Source of the DNA: Octopus bimaculoides
Taxonomy: Eukaryota
Length of the DNA: 32,232 bases
Direction of reading: 5' to 3'
NCBI RefSeq assembly: GCF_001194135.2
Contig: NC_068992.1
Coordinates: forward strand, 27,905,792-27,938,023
Positions within the stretch are counted from its first letter, which is position 1; every line of letters starts with the position of its first letter. Below are positions 10,241 to 22,200 of this stretch, piece after piece. Made by a program: the position numbers and the translations under genes. The notes beneath the pieces are model-generated. The model made no database searches. It was not told the origin of the DNA and saw only the letters and a list, made by a program, of their open reading frames with translations.

Positions 10241-13200
10241 TCCATTCCCATTTTAAGACTTTAAGATCTAATTTGTGAGAGATTTCGCTGCTATTTCTTG
10301 CAGATTGAATGACTATATAGACACTGTTTCTTTGATTTCTTTCACATATTAATATTACAAGAAGCCACTGCTTAGATTTAAAAATGAACAAAATAATTTA
10401 CTGATGAACTTTTTTCTATTTCATTCCAGTTTAGAAAAATAAATGTTTTAATTAATTTTCTTTCTATCATATTTAATCATCTGACTTTGTATCTATTGAG
10501 GAGTGGAAGTAGACATTAGGGGATTTTGTTGTTCTTTTTGTCAGGATTTAAAAGCATTTTGGATGCAAATTTCTTTTTAATAAGCAGCTTATCTACGCCA
10601 TAACTGTGTCTTTGTATATATGTTTATGTGTGAGGTAGGGATAGTTGGACTTATTCAGATAACAATCTAAAGTATTTTATTTTATTTTTGGAGTCTGTTT
10701 AATGAAGGATGTTGTCATCATCGTGGCGGTGGCTGCTGCTATTGTTGTTGTTGTTGTTGCATAAATTTATTTTTACTGCCTCATCTTCTAGTTCTGAAGC
10801 CTGCCATTGATCTGTTATGTGATCCGGAATTTATCAATGAACAACTGCGCTCCTATTTAAGTTACCGCGCCAAATTGTCAGAAGACACCAGGAAAACCTA
10901 TTCTTACGCTGCCACATATGAAGATTTTGTCAAAATGATTCAAAACTGTGAAGACATTGAATGCCTCAAACAACTTCGGTAAGAAAAACAATTAGTTTTT
11001 CTCTTGTTTTCTCATCCACCTGTGTTTTTTTTATTCTTTTTCTGTTGTGCGTTTAATAGAGATGCTTGCTCTTGATTGCTCAGCATATATATATGTCAGT
11101 AGCTCTACAAGGGAGGTATAATTAATGACTGTATGCAATAACCTTCTTCAGGGCAACAAAATATTTCAACTCTAACCTATTGTTGAGCCTGTACATTGCT
11201 CAAATTCAACACTTCTTCGAGTACTGCTGACATATCTGGACTGTGATTGAGGTATGACAACTTCTTTATACAATTACAGTCACTACATATTTGGTGTTGG
11301 CAGATTGCAGGACTGAATTAAAATCTGACTTTGTTAAAAAAAAGAAAAACAACAAAGTTTGTTATGCAGATCTGTAATAGAGATATTTCAGTTGGCAATG
11401 CCAACCAAAACAATATGTTTTTGTAGAGCTGCAAGAACAGAAATAAATATTCCAAACTCTATATTATAGCCTATATATTATTCTGAATGGTGGGTTCTAC
11501 ATTCACAGACAGCCTTGAATACATTCATAAAATAGGCCATCTGGTTGGTAAAGACTCACTCACCAATTTACTGGTTTAGAGACATGTTTTTCTTCTTGCT
11601 TCCTTTTTTTATTACTGCTGCAATGACCTCTAAAACTGTCTGTGTATCACATTCACACAACTCAATCCTGTACATCTGTACCTCTTTCTCTCATTATTAC
11701 TACTGTGTCCCTCTTCGTTGATCGTACTATAAACACTTTTCTCTACTGTCCCTTCCCAGAGCTACAATCCTCTAGAATTGTCTTCCTGTCCACATTTTCC
11801 CTGCTCAAACTGAACAGTAGCTGCATTGATCTCATCAATCTGGGAATGCCTGCTAATGTCATGAGTTCTGTTCTTCTTTAGCCTTTGTAAAAGAACACAT
11901 AAGATATTCCATTAAAGATGATTATCATAATCATCACCATTATCAAAGTATTAACTTCAGTGTATTTTTTTATTTGTTAGCATAAAGTCAGACAGTTACA
12001 TAGAATAGTAGGTTGCATAGGCTGGTAGCCAAATACCTCATCTACTGTACCACTTTATTTCTACAAAGACTTACATGAGATAAACAAAATATATAATACT
12101 GATTTATTGATTTTGTAGATATAATATCATAAGTGAAATTCTGCAAGCTACAACTATTAACAACTGGAAGAAGTCACAAGGTATCAGCACAGGTAAATAC
12201 CTTATTTACTTTTTTTTTCCATCTTTTTAAACTCTGTTGGGGATCACAATCGACTGAGTTGATAGAATAGTTGCAGTACTTACTAGTTGAGAGATTATAG
12301 GTTCAAATTTCATCTCTGTTAAGGCAGCGAGCTGGCAGAAACGTTAGCATGTCGGGTGAAATGCTTAGCGGTATTTCATGTATTTTTACATTCTGAGTTC
12401 AAATTCCACCGAGGTTGACTTTGCCTTTCATCCTTTCGGGATTGATAAATTAAGTACCAGTTGTGTACTGGGGTCGGTCTAATCAACTGGCCCCTTCCCC
12501 CAAAATTTTGGGCCTTATGCCTAGAGTAGAAAAGAAATTTCATCTCTGTTACTATGCAATGAAAACGGCTCTGTTCATCTAGATATAAATGCTTGCTATT
12601 GGAGATCACTGAACTAGTTTGGTACCAGGACACTTTGCAGGATTATGGGTTACCATTGGTTGGATTTCATATCCAACCAATGACTCTACTCAGAAACTAG
12701 TATGTGTCCTGTTACTTGCATGATTTGGGAGCAACAGGTCAGATTGTTTGGCCATGTTACTCAATTTTCCAAGCTCGACCCTGCTTCCCATGTTCTCTTC
12801 ACTGAAGATCTGGCTGGATTAATGGCTCATGTTGATCAACCTCATGCCACATGGTCACAGCAAATAAGGAGGTGTATTGTGGAGACGAGGACTGATTGAG
12901 ACTCTGCTTGATGGGCCACCCAGGTGGACCTGGAAATATACCAATTAAAGGTGAATACAGCAACGCACTACAATAGTGCATGGTAAGTCTGGTTTGTTTC
13001 TTTCAGTGATGTTAGTGAATAAATGATTTGTTACTTCAACATCAGATATAAATTTATTGAGAAGAGTCTTCAATCAATTTAACTGATTTTCCTGTAGACA
13101 ACTGGTGCTTATTTTTTTATTGTTAGAAGGTGGAAACTTACTCTAGCAGGATTTGAACTCAATATAGTTAGGTGACTTAAAAGTCACATAGGCTCTTACC

Positions 13201-16200
13201 TTCTAAAGAAGATGTACTCCTATGCAAAGTTTCAGCTACCTAGGTACAAAAATGAAGCCTATAATTTAGAACATCCATACAAACAATCATTTTTTATATT
13301 TTAAGTAGTTGGCGTTAGGAAGGGCATCCAGCTGTAGAAACTCTGCCAAATCAGATTGGAGCCTGGTGTAGCCATCTGGTTCACCAGTCCTCAGTCAAAT
13401 CGTCCAACCCATGCTAGCATGGAAAGCAGATGTTAAACGATGACGATGATGATGATGATGATGAAGTTAATTTTTAATCATATTTATGTCTTAAGTTAAT
13501 TTTTAATCTTGAAACTGGGGCTTCACATGCACTGTTAAGTGTTTCAACTTTTGACACATCAATAATTAACATGTTGAACTTGTTCACGATCATTAAATAT
13601 TTGAAAAGAGATATAATCTGATTGGCTGTGAAGAGTCTCCTTTGGGAAGTAATGTGTAATTTGGTTGGTTATAATTAGTATTGTTTGGAAAGGACAGTAA
13701 GGTATTAAATATTGAGTGCTACATGCATGCATGCACATGTGTCTTGTGTGTGTGTGTGTGAGAAAAAGTGGGAAAGAAAAAGAGCCAGAGAGATTGAAAA
13801 CCAGAAATGTATTTTTAAGCAAAAATTAATCTCTAGAATTAAAATATTATCTGAATATATATTCACAATAACTTCTGGAGATAAGACATTCACAAGATTC
13901 TTGAAACTCTAGAAAATTAATCTTGGCACCGATGACACAGTAAAACTTGGACAAGTAGACTCGTTATATTTATTTTTGTTTTTTCCTTTTCTTCAGCTAA
14001 AGCTCATGTACCAAAGAGTATGGCAAAAGGAGATCTTTTGAAAGCCAGGAACTTGAAGATATACATCAACCAAGTAAGGAATTTGACTTAGCACTTTGAT
14101 CATGGCAGAATCAGTAGAGTGTTGGACAAAATACTTTGGCGGAATATTTGGTTATGTCCCTTTACTTTTTGGGTTCAAACCCTACATAGGTCAACTTGGC
14201 ATTATTTTATATCCATCTTTCAATGCTAGCATGGGTTGGACTGGTCTCATGACATTTCCTCACCTACAGTTGGCCTTCTCCATCTCCTATACACAGCAAC
14301 AAAGAAAAACCAGCCAACTATGTTGCCATCATCATCATTGTAGCGTTCACTTTTCCATGCAAGTGTGGGTCCGATAGACTTTATTCAGGTGGATTTTCTA
14401 TGGTCAGATGCCCTCCTTGTCACAAACCTTCACCTGTTTCCAAGCGAGGTAATATATTCCCATGGCTAGACATGGTTTTGCAGAATATTGGAAATGAATA
14501 ACACTGCTTGTATGACTATCTCATTATGTCAAGACAAGATGACACAAACATACACACACTCACACACGTACATACGTATATATGGGTAATATTTAGCCCC
14601 GCTTAAAAGTGGATGTTGCGTTAGAACACAAAATACTGCAGTAGCTACTGTGGGGGAGCCTTTCATTGTTAGCCTTTGGTGCATATAAGCACTCTTGTTT
14701 ACATCACCAGTGGGAGACAAACCTCTGTAATTGTCACTGCCAGTGTGCAGAGATTTGTCTCTCACTAATGATATAAAAAGATTGCTTGTATGCACCAAAA
14801 GCCAATATGAGTGGTTCTCTCATGATAGCCACTGCAGTATTTTGTGTTCTAACACAACATCAACTTTTAAGTGGGATAAATATTACCCTTTGGTATTAAT
14901 ATTGCTTGTGTCACTAATAATTATACATACATATTTATATATTTATCATCATCATCATCGTCATTTAACGTCCACTTTCCATGCTGGCATGGGTTGGATG
15001 GTTTGACTGACGACTGGAAAGCCAGAAGGCTGTACCAGGCTCCAATCTGATCTGGCAAAGTTTCTACAGCTGGATGCCCTTCCTAATGCCAACCACTCTG
15101 AGAGTATAGTGGGTGCTTTTTACTTGCAACCGATGCGAGGGTCAGTCTGACAGTACTGGCAACCATGCTTGAATGATGCTTTTTACGTGCCACTGGCATG
15201 GAAGCCAGTTAGGTGGCACTGGCAACAACCACACTTGAATGGTACTTTTTATGTGCCACCAGCACAGGAGCCAGTCGGGCAGCACTGGCAGCGACCATGC
15301 TCGAATGGTGCTTTTTACGTGCCACCAGCACTAATATCAACCACACTTGAATAGTGCTTTTTGCATGCCACCAGCATGAGTGCCAGTCAGGTGATATATA
15401 TACACTCACATTTTCCATGTTAACATGAGTCAGACGGTTTGGTAGGAGCTGGCAATCCAGAGAGCTTCACCAGACTTCAGTTGTCTGTTTTGGCTGAATG
15501 CCCTTCCAAATACCAACAACTTTACAGAGTGTACTGGGTGCTTTTTACATGGCACCAGCACCAGTATTTTATATGTGGAACCAGCATGGGTGCTTTATAC
15601 ATGGCACCAGCACAGATGTTTTATATGTGTGTGTGTGTATTGGAAAATTAAGATAAACACAAGTATGTGTAGCAGTATTGTGTCTGTCTTTACGCTCTGA
15701 GTTCAAATTCTGCTGAGGTCAACTTTGCCTTTCATCCTTTCAGGATTGATAAATTAAGTACCAGTTGCGTACTGTGTTGATCTAATCGACTAGCCTCCTC
15801 CCCAAAAATTTCGGGCCTTATGCCTAGTATAGAAAAAGATATATATACACACACACACACACAAACACACACACAGTTTCCATCTACTAAATACACTCCC
15901 AAAGCATTTATCAACCTGGGGTTCTAGTAGAAGACACTTGCTCCAGGTTCCATGCAGTGAGACTGAACTGAAACCATGTGGTTGGGATGCAAACTTTGTA
16001 TCCAAACAACCACGTCTATGCCTGTGTGTTGTTATTTTTGACATGGATTTTATGGCTAAATGCCCTTCCTCTCATCAGCTGTTTTACAATGTAAATTGGG
16101 TATGTTTTTATCTTTGCACTGGTAGAGGATGGTTGTTTACAATGGTAGTGAAGATACCCTTTTTATTCTATATCTGGAGTTACCACCTTCTTCAACAGGT

Positions 16201-19200
16201 TGCCTTAAAAATTATAAGCACACACTAAAAACATTTTAGTTATATATCTCCTATTATTCTTTTCAGTTAACTGTTGCTAAAACGACTTGTGAGAAAAGGA
16301 TTCATGCAATTGGTGGCCCTGACTATAAATGCTATGGTGAAGGAAGTGTCAGTGAAGAATTAACTCTTCCTGGTCGGAAAGTAAGTCTTGTAATGGTTCA
16401 CATCATCATCATCATTATTTAATGTTCATTTTCCGTGTTAACATGAGTCAGACAGTTTGATAGGAGCTGGCAATCCAGAGAGCTGCACCAGGCACCAATT
16501 GTCTGTTTTGGCTGAATGTCCTTCCAAATGCCAACAACTTTACAGAGTGTAATGGGTGCTTTTTACATGGCACCAGCACCAGTGTTTTATACATGGCACC
16601 AGCACAGATATTTTGTGTGTGTGTGTGTGTGTGTGTTGGAAAATTAAGATAAGCACAAGTATAAATTAATAATATGAATAAAATAATAATAATAATAATA
16701 ATAACAACAACATCGAAAAATACCTTAAGAATGAGAACCCAGGTTCAAATTTTCTCCAAGACACCTGATAAAGGCTGGAGGGTGTATCAGCCGAAACGTT
16801 GTGTTAACAACAAACAAGATGCGGACAAATATCTGTCAAATGTAAATAATGTAAATTAATAGTTTCTACATAAGGTTCACCATTGCAGTGGATGTTCCAA
16901 ATGCATTTGGATGCCTGACTACAATGGGTCACCAGGGAAACACTTTATTGCATTCTCTTACAGAGATCTAATATCTGAAGTCCATAACTAGTAACACTAC
17001 TAAGTGTTCCACTATGATGGAAGCTGACTGGATGAAGATAATCTACATGGAGCTCTAACTCATATAGTAATAGTTGTACATGTAACTGTACACACGAGAT
17101 TTATAGATTGGATGTTAAGGAACCCAGAAAAGTGTTACTAATGAGAAATGTTTATCCATTCTTTTTGTCTGTTCCTTCCTTACTACAGATTTTTTCAGTG
17201 AAAACCGTGATGGACACACCAGAACTAAGACTTTTCTTTCTGAAGTTTCTTCGTCGAAACAATACCCATGCACTTCTAGAGTAAGTATCAATCATTTTAA
17301 CTGTCTATTAAAAAAATATATTATTGCATCCACTTCACAGGTATAAACTGCTGGGAGAAGAGAAGCAACTAATAGAGTGCTTATTGTTGTCTCTAATGTT
17401 TGAAGATATTCATTTGCTTTTATGTCTGTTTTCCCTTGCTAGCATGGGTTAAATGGATATGATTTTAAGGCATTGTTTTACTACTGGATGCCCTTTCTGT
17501 CACTAATCCTTAGCTGTTTTTCAAGTAAGGGATGTTTTATTATACACTTTGAAGGTGCAAATAAGCGGATGATTTTTTTGGATAGGAAAAATGACAAAAA
17601 TGTCACTGCTTGTAGCTCAGCAAGTGTGTACACACACTCACATACATACATATGCATAAAAGAAATAAGTACAAAGAAAAGGGGACCCTGATTCCATCAA
17701 AAAATTATTCTTGTTTGATATTAGTGTAAGTGTAGGTAAGGAATTCTGTAAGGTGTACCCAGTGTAAACTTTGGATATAGATGAAATGAGACCACAAGTA
17801 GGTTAACAGAGAAGATATACTTCATATATTATCCAATGTTCAGATGGTTCTCTAGAAGTAGTTGATAGTTTCTGTTACTTGGGAGGCCTAATTAGTTGTG
17901 GAGGCATGTGTTCTGAGAATATAGTAATCAGAATAAGAACTGGTTAGGGGGAAGTTCAAGGAGCTGTTAACTCTGCCAGTAACAAAGGGCTTCTCTCTCG
18001 GAGTAAAGAATAGATTGTATGATGCTTGTGTGCAGAATGCACTGCTGCATGGTAGAAGGACATGGTCCTTAAACACAGAGGATCTGTGAAAGGTAGAAAG
18101 AAATGAAGAGAGCATGCTCCACTAGTAGTTGTTTAATGTTGGTGTGTGAGAATGACAAAGTACAAATGAACCGAGAGACAAACTAAACATAAGGAGAACC
18201 AGACGTAAGAGAGGAGGTTGTGTTTGTATGGGCATGTGAGATGTCTGGAGATGGAGGACTGCTGTATAAAAATATGGTGTGTGTTCAAAGTAAATGGAAT
18301 CTGTGGAAGAGAAAGACTGAAGAAGACATGCAGCAAAATGGTGAAGACAGATCTGAAGCTGTTACACCTTATTAAGGAGATGACAAAGGACCAGGTTTAC
18401 TGGTGCTACACTGTGTTGGAGAAGGCTGCCTTCCCTCAACCTACTTTCCCACTCAGGCATAGCAAAATAGCCATTAAAATTACATTACATAGGCTTGAGT
18501 GTGTGGTCAAGACATTTGCTTCCCAAGCACATGGTTTTGTGTTCAGTCCCACTGTGCTGTTTGTGTGAGCGTGTGCATGTTTGTGTCTCCTTATCTTGAC
18601 ATTGTATGATAGTTATAAATGAATGTCTGTCATACAAATACAATGTCATTCACTTCCTGTATTCTGCAAGAACATGTCCAGCCATGGGAAAATATTACTT
18701 TGCATGGAAACAAATGAAGGTCAGTGGCAGGAAGGACATCCAGCCATAGAAAATATGCCTCAATAAACTGCATCCAACTCCTGCTAGCTTGGAAAAGTGG
18801 ATTTTAAAATGATGATGCTGATGTTGTGTCTGCATTTTTCTTACTCTAACCCACAAAATAATATTGTATTAATATGCAATATTGTTTTAATTTTGTAGGT
18901 TTTGGAATGATGTTGAAGAGTTAAAGCAAATTGCCAAGGTAGGTAGAAATAATATTATGGTCAAATGTCATGCAATTTTATAAAGTATTGTTTAAAAAAA
19001 TTCAGTTTGCTTTGTGGTTGAGTGCCAGATTATAGGATACTTCTCATATGGTTCTTGTTGCTCTGGAAAATTTATAGGAATGAGATTTGTGTGTGTACAT
19101 GCATGTATGTGCATGTGTGTGTGGTTAATATATCAAGTTTAAGGTGACAGACTGATAGAATTATTAGAGTAGTGATTAGAATTTGTTATATTTGTTCCAG

Positions 19201-22200
19201 CCTTCTGTATTCTGAGTTCATGTCTTACCATGGTCAGCTTTGCTTTTCAGCTTTTTGAGATTGACAAAATAAAGTTACCATTACAGATACCAAAATTAAG
19301 TTGCATTCACCTCTACCCCCATCTCTAACTGTCTTTTACTCTCATTTCACATCCATCCAGCCATCCTCGATTCTCTATCCCTATTCTCTCTCTATCCACC
19401 TTCTTACACCTTGAAGGTATGTTGTAACACCTCATCACCACCATCCTGTCTCCCTTTCTAGCTGGGGTAGCCATGTATCTCCTCTACAGCAAGACACCTG
19501 TTCTTGTCCCTCTGTCATGCTTTAGCCTTTCAACCCCTGGCACAAATCCACCTCCCTCAACACTATATCTTTACTCACTCGAGGGCTCTCATCTTGTGAG
19601 TTACATGCAGTGGCGTACCTAGTAAAAGTGCCGCACGGAGCGGATGTTCATTTGGCCGCCCCTTAAAAGTTCTAATAACACTTCAAAATGCCAAAAACGG
19701 AATAATACAGGTATATATGTATGCAAAATAAGAAGACAAACTGTAGCAGCCATTTATTTCCCTCGAATTTACTTTTATTATGTTTATACACAAAAAAGAT
19801 AATAGGAAAAATATGTTAGAGAACAGAAGATGAGTGAATTACAAAAATAAACGATTGACAAATTGATTTTACGTGCCTTCCTCTTTGTGATATCTTGAAT
19901 GATTTCATCAAAATTAATTTTATCTGCAAGGTTGTGCTCTTTGACTATCAGTCAAAACAAGGTCGACTGATTGTTGACTTATTGTTGACCTGAGGTGGTT
20001 CTTGATGAGCTTTAGTTTAGAAAAGAACCATTCACAGCTAGCAACACTAAAGGCACGAGTTAGGAAGACCATTAAAAGTATTACAATATTTGGTAATGAA
20101 TCGATAAGATTATATTTCCGAATAAACTGAAGAACTTGCAAAGGCCCTTCCATGTCTTCAGCATCAGCAGCCACCAAATAATTTTACAGTCTTGCCCTTT
20201 CAACCAGAAAGTCTTCTTTCTTAATATTCTCATCAAAAGCATCTACATCACAATTACATTCTGTATCTAACAAATTGGATGGTGTGAAAAAGGTGTTTTT
20301 CTTTGCTATGTCGTGAAGTCTCTCAAATCTAGAGGTTATTTCTTCAACCAATCTATCTATCACTGACAACATTTCTCTTCTTAGCTCAGCATCGTAGCCT
20401 AGAGTGGCATCGGTACTTTCTTTGTAGCTCATTCTTTTTTTTTTGTGAATTTGACACTCTATGCTCATTCCCATATCAGAGCAAATTTCGGTAGATGAAA
20501 CGTTATCTACTGTTTTGTCTTTGTTTAATGAACAGAGAAGTTTTCAAGGCTGATAGTTTAATGGCACATTGTTGCAACTCCAGACCTTTCGTTTAGAGGT
20601 ACTTTTGAGTATCATTAATTTCTGGAAGTGTATTTCTCCAAAGGCCATGAAACTGACAGCATCGCCTGAAGAATTAAACCTGCATCAGATCTCGTAGTTG
20701 CGTTTTCTGCATCTTCCACCAACCGTTCTAGTGCAGTGATGATTTCTGTGAATTTTCTATGTACAACTTTCACTGCATCTACTCAACTACTCCATCTTGT
20801 TTCCCCACCCTATTTGATAGTTGCACCAGTTATCTCAATCAAGATATCCCATCGATGAGTTGAGGCTGAGAAGAATGAAAATAAATGGTCCAATGTGCCA
20901 AAAAAATGTAACTGAAGCTGCATGCACAGCTGCTAAATTCAGAGAGTGATTGGTGCATGGCATAAATACAGTTTTTGGGTTAACTTCTGTGATGCACACT
21001 TGAACAACAGATCGATGACCTGCCATTACTGCCGCGTTATCAAATGCTTGTCCACAACAGTCTTGAATGTTAATGTCATCCATTTCTAATTGTTTCAGAA
21101 TCATTGATGTAATTTGCTCAGCATTTTTGCCTTTCATCTCAATAAAATGAAGAAAGGATTCTTCTACTTTTACTTCCTTTTCATCTATTCTAACATAACG
21201 TAGCACCAGAGAAATTTGGTCAGTATGAGAAATGTCTGCAGTTCTCATTTGATTTCCCAGGACGTTCACAAATTCATTCTGAATTTTTGGTGAGAGATAG
21301 GAAGTTGTAAACTTATCAATCTTTACTTTCACCAAATGTTCACGTAGCACTAGGTCAAATTTTCCAATCAGTTGAACAAGCTCCAGAAAATTTCCTTTAT
21401 TTTCATTTACCTTTTCAACTAGAATGTTTTCTCTATGGCCTCATAAAGCTAGGTTTTGCTTAGCAGGAAACATAATTATGTCCAAGAATCTAGTCAGGAT
21501 TTGCTTCTATTTCTTTGTTTCATTTTCAGCAAGAGTTTGATGTTCTTCGTCTATTACTTTGCCTTTGGAAACGTGAATTTCTTGTGCCTTCCACTAAGTG
21601 AACGCATTCTCATGCGCAGGGTTAGATTCATGTTCTTGTATCTTAGGATTCAACTTCCACCAAGATTTAAAACCATCAACTGAGCAAAACTTTGAGTTTT
21701 CACTTGAAAATAGCTTACAACAAAAGCAAAACATGGTTTCTGTTGATGGAGAGTATATCATCCAAGTTCTCAAGATTTTTTCCCCGTTTTGTAAAGTTCG
21801 AAAAACCCAGTTTCTTGACAGTTTTCTAGTCTCCCCTTTCAGTTTTTTTTTTTTTTTTTTGTCCTGGACATACAACTTCTTTGAATTCACAGACAATATT
21901 TTGCACAGCCTTCGATCCTTGTTGTACAAGGATTTCCTGAATACCGTCACCGTGATTAAACTTAGAGTTTTGTTCTTCAGTAGTTTGTGGTGGATCAGCA
22001 TCATCAACTTCATCTTCTTCTCAAGTTACACTTCATTAACAACATCATCTCCATGAACTTCTATAGTCATACCAGTTTCGTCTGGATGGTTGGGTCTGAT
22101 GAGAAATTTAATTATGGCACTTTCATTTCGCCTTTCTTCTCTCGTTTTTCTGTTGTTTTTTTTCAAAATGCTGCACCGTTGTCCTTAATTCATTTCATCT

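Noticed and set aside
13190-13300. Segment resembling a Helitron/HINE 3' region (caaagtttcagc...acaaacaatcattttttatat)
   Set aside because: No terminal hairpin or CTRR end could be confirmed; too little evidence to call.
15113-15391. Spaced palindromic repeats superficially like a CRISPR array
   Set aside because: The units are contiguous tandem copies without unique spacers, inside a eukaryotic retroelement, with no cas genes.
17189-17198. Alternative acceptor TTTTTCAG 10 nt inside exon 9
   Set aside because: Using it would shift the frame; the upstream AG has the pyrimidine tract and gives the homologous reading.
19860-22200. Domesticated ZMYM/ZBED-type host gene nested antisense in the intron
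   Set aside because: Multiple stops and frameshifts, no introns, and retained transposon termini indicate a dead transposon.
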